This document shows, piece after piece, positions 13,612-13,698 of a stretch of DNA of 13,698 bases (the first letter of the stretch is position 1; each line of letters starts with the position of its first letter). A model generated the notes under the pieces. That model was given only the letters and a program-made list of their open reading frames with translations, did no database searches and had not been told where the DNA came from. Both the position numbers and the translations under genes were made by a program. The DNA is taken from NCBI GenBank assembly GCA_040384765.1, contig JAZKIQ010000009.1:1-13698 (forward strand). The letters are read 5' to 3'. Origin of the DNA: Patescibacteria group bacterium. Its GTDB lineage: Bacteria > Patescibacteriota > Minisyncoccia > Phycocordibacterales > JBBUBG01.

Positions 13612-13698
13612 ATGGCAAAGAGGGCGAAAATACGTTGAGGAATATGGGGGCGGGAGAGGAGTGGGTCCGAGGACATGGTCCCAGATAATTCGTTCGCC

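Overview
The window holds a compact bacterial chromosomal segment. Its housekeeping genes are a short four-domain ribosomal protein S1 (rpsA, minus strand) and DNA gyrase subunit A (gyrA, plus strand). The gene sizes and layout are reminiscent of Patescibacteria/CPR, but I cannot confirm that. Downstream of gyrA is an accessory, cell-envelope-oriented block. It starts with a secreted protein carrying an FG-GAP-like DxDGDGxxD motif. Next comes a translationally coupled run of a small class-I SAM methyltransferase, a membrane-tethered solute-binding-protein-like gene, and five tandem paralogous small two-TM pilin-like genes. These resemble VirB2/TrbC and the T4SS pilin family common in CPR. This array is the most likely 'system' in the window. 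A ~105-120 bp inverted-repeat element occurs in three copies, immediately 3' of gyrA, of pilin gene 3 and of pilin gene 4. Two copies share sequence motifs and a long terminal stem that covaries (tcga/tcga versus ctca/tgag). The third has a perfect 20-bp terminal inverted repeat. I read these as a REP/MITE-like or structured-RNA family, possibly RNA processing or stability elements, or inverton-like switches. The far end of the window carries a convergently oriented, more GC-rich two-gene operon on the minus strand. Its first gene fuses a polytopic W-rich membrane domain to an SPFH/band-7 domain. Its second gene, overlapping by 17 nt, encodes a membrane-anchored protein with a long Pro/Ser/Thr/Ala-rich linker and a beta-rich C-terminal domain. 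The operon has a near-consensus sigma70-type promoter, a Shine-Dalgarno site with a TTG start, and a clean rho-independent terminator. Most plus-strand genes have no recognisable Shine-Dalgarno site, and several have a TATAAT-like box only 6-8 nt upstream of the ATG, which suggests leaderless or near-leaderless transcripts. No rRNA, tRNA, CRISPR array, transposase or integrase was recognised. All calls rest on reading the sequence and ORF translations by eye. No database search was run.
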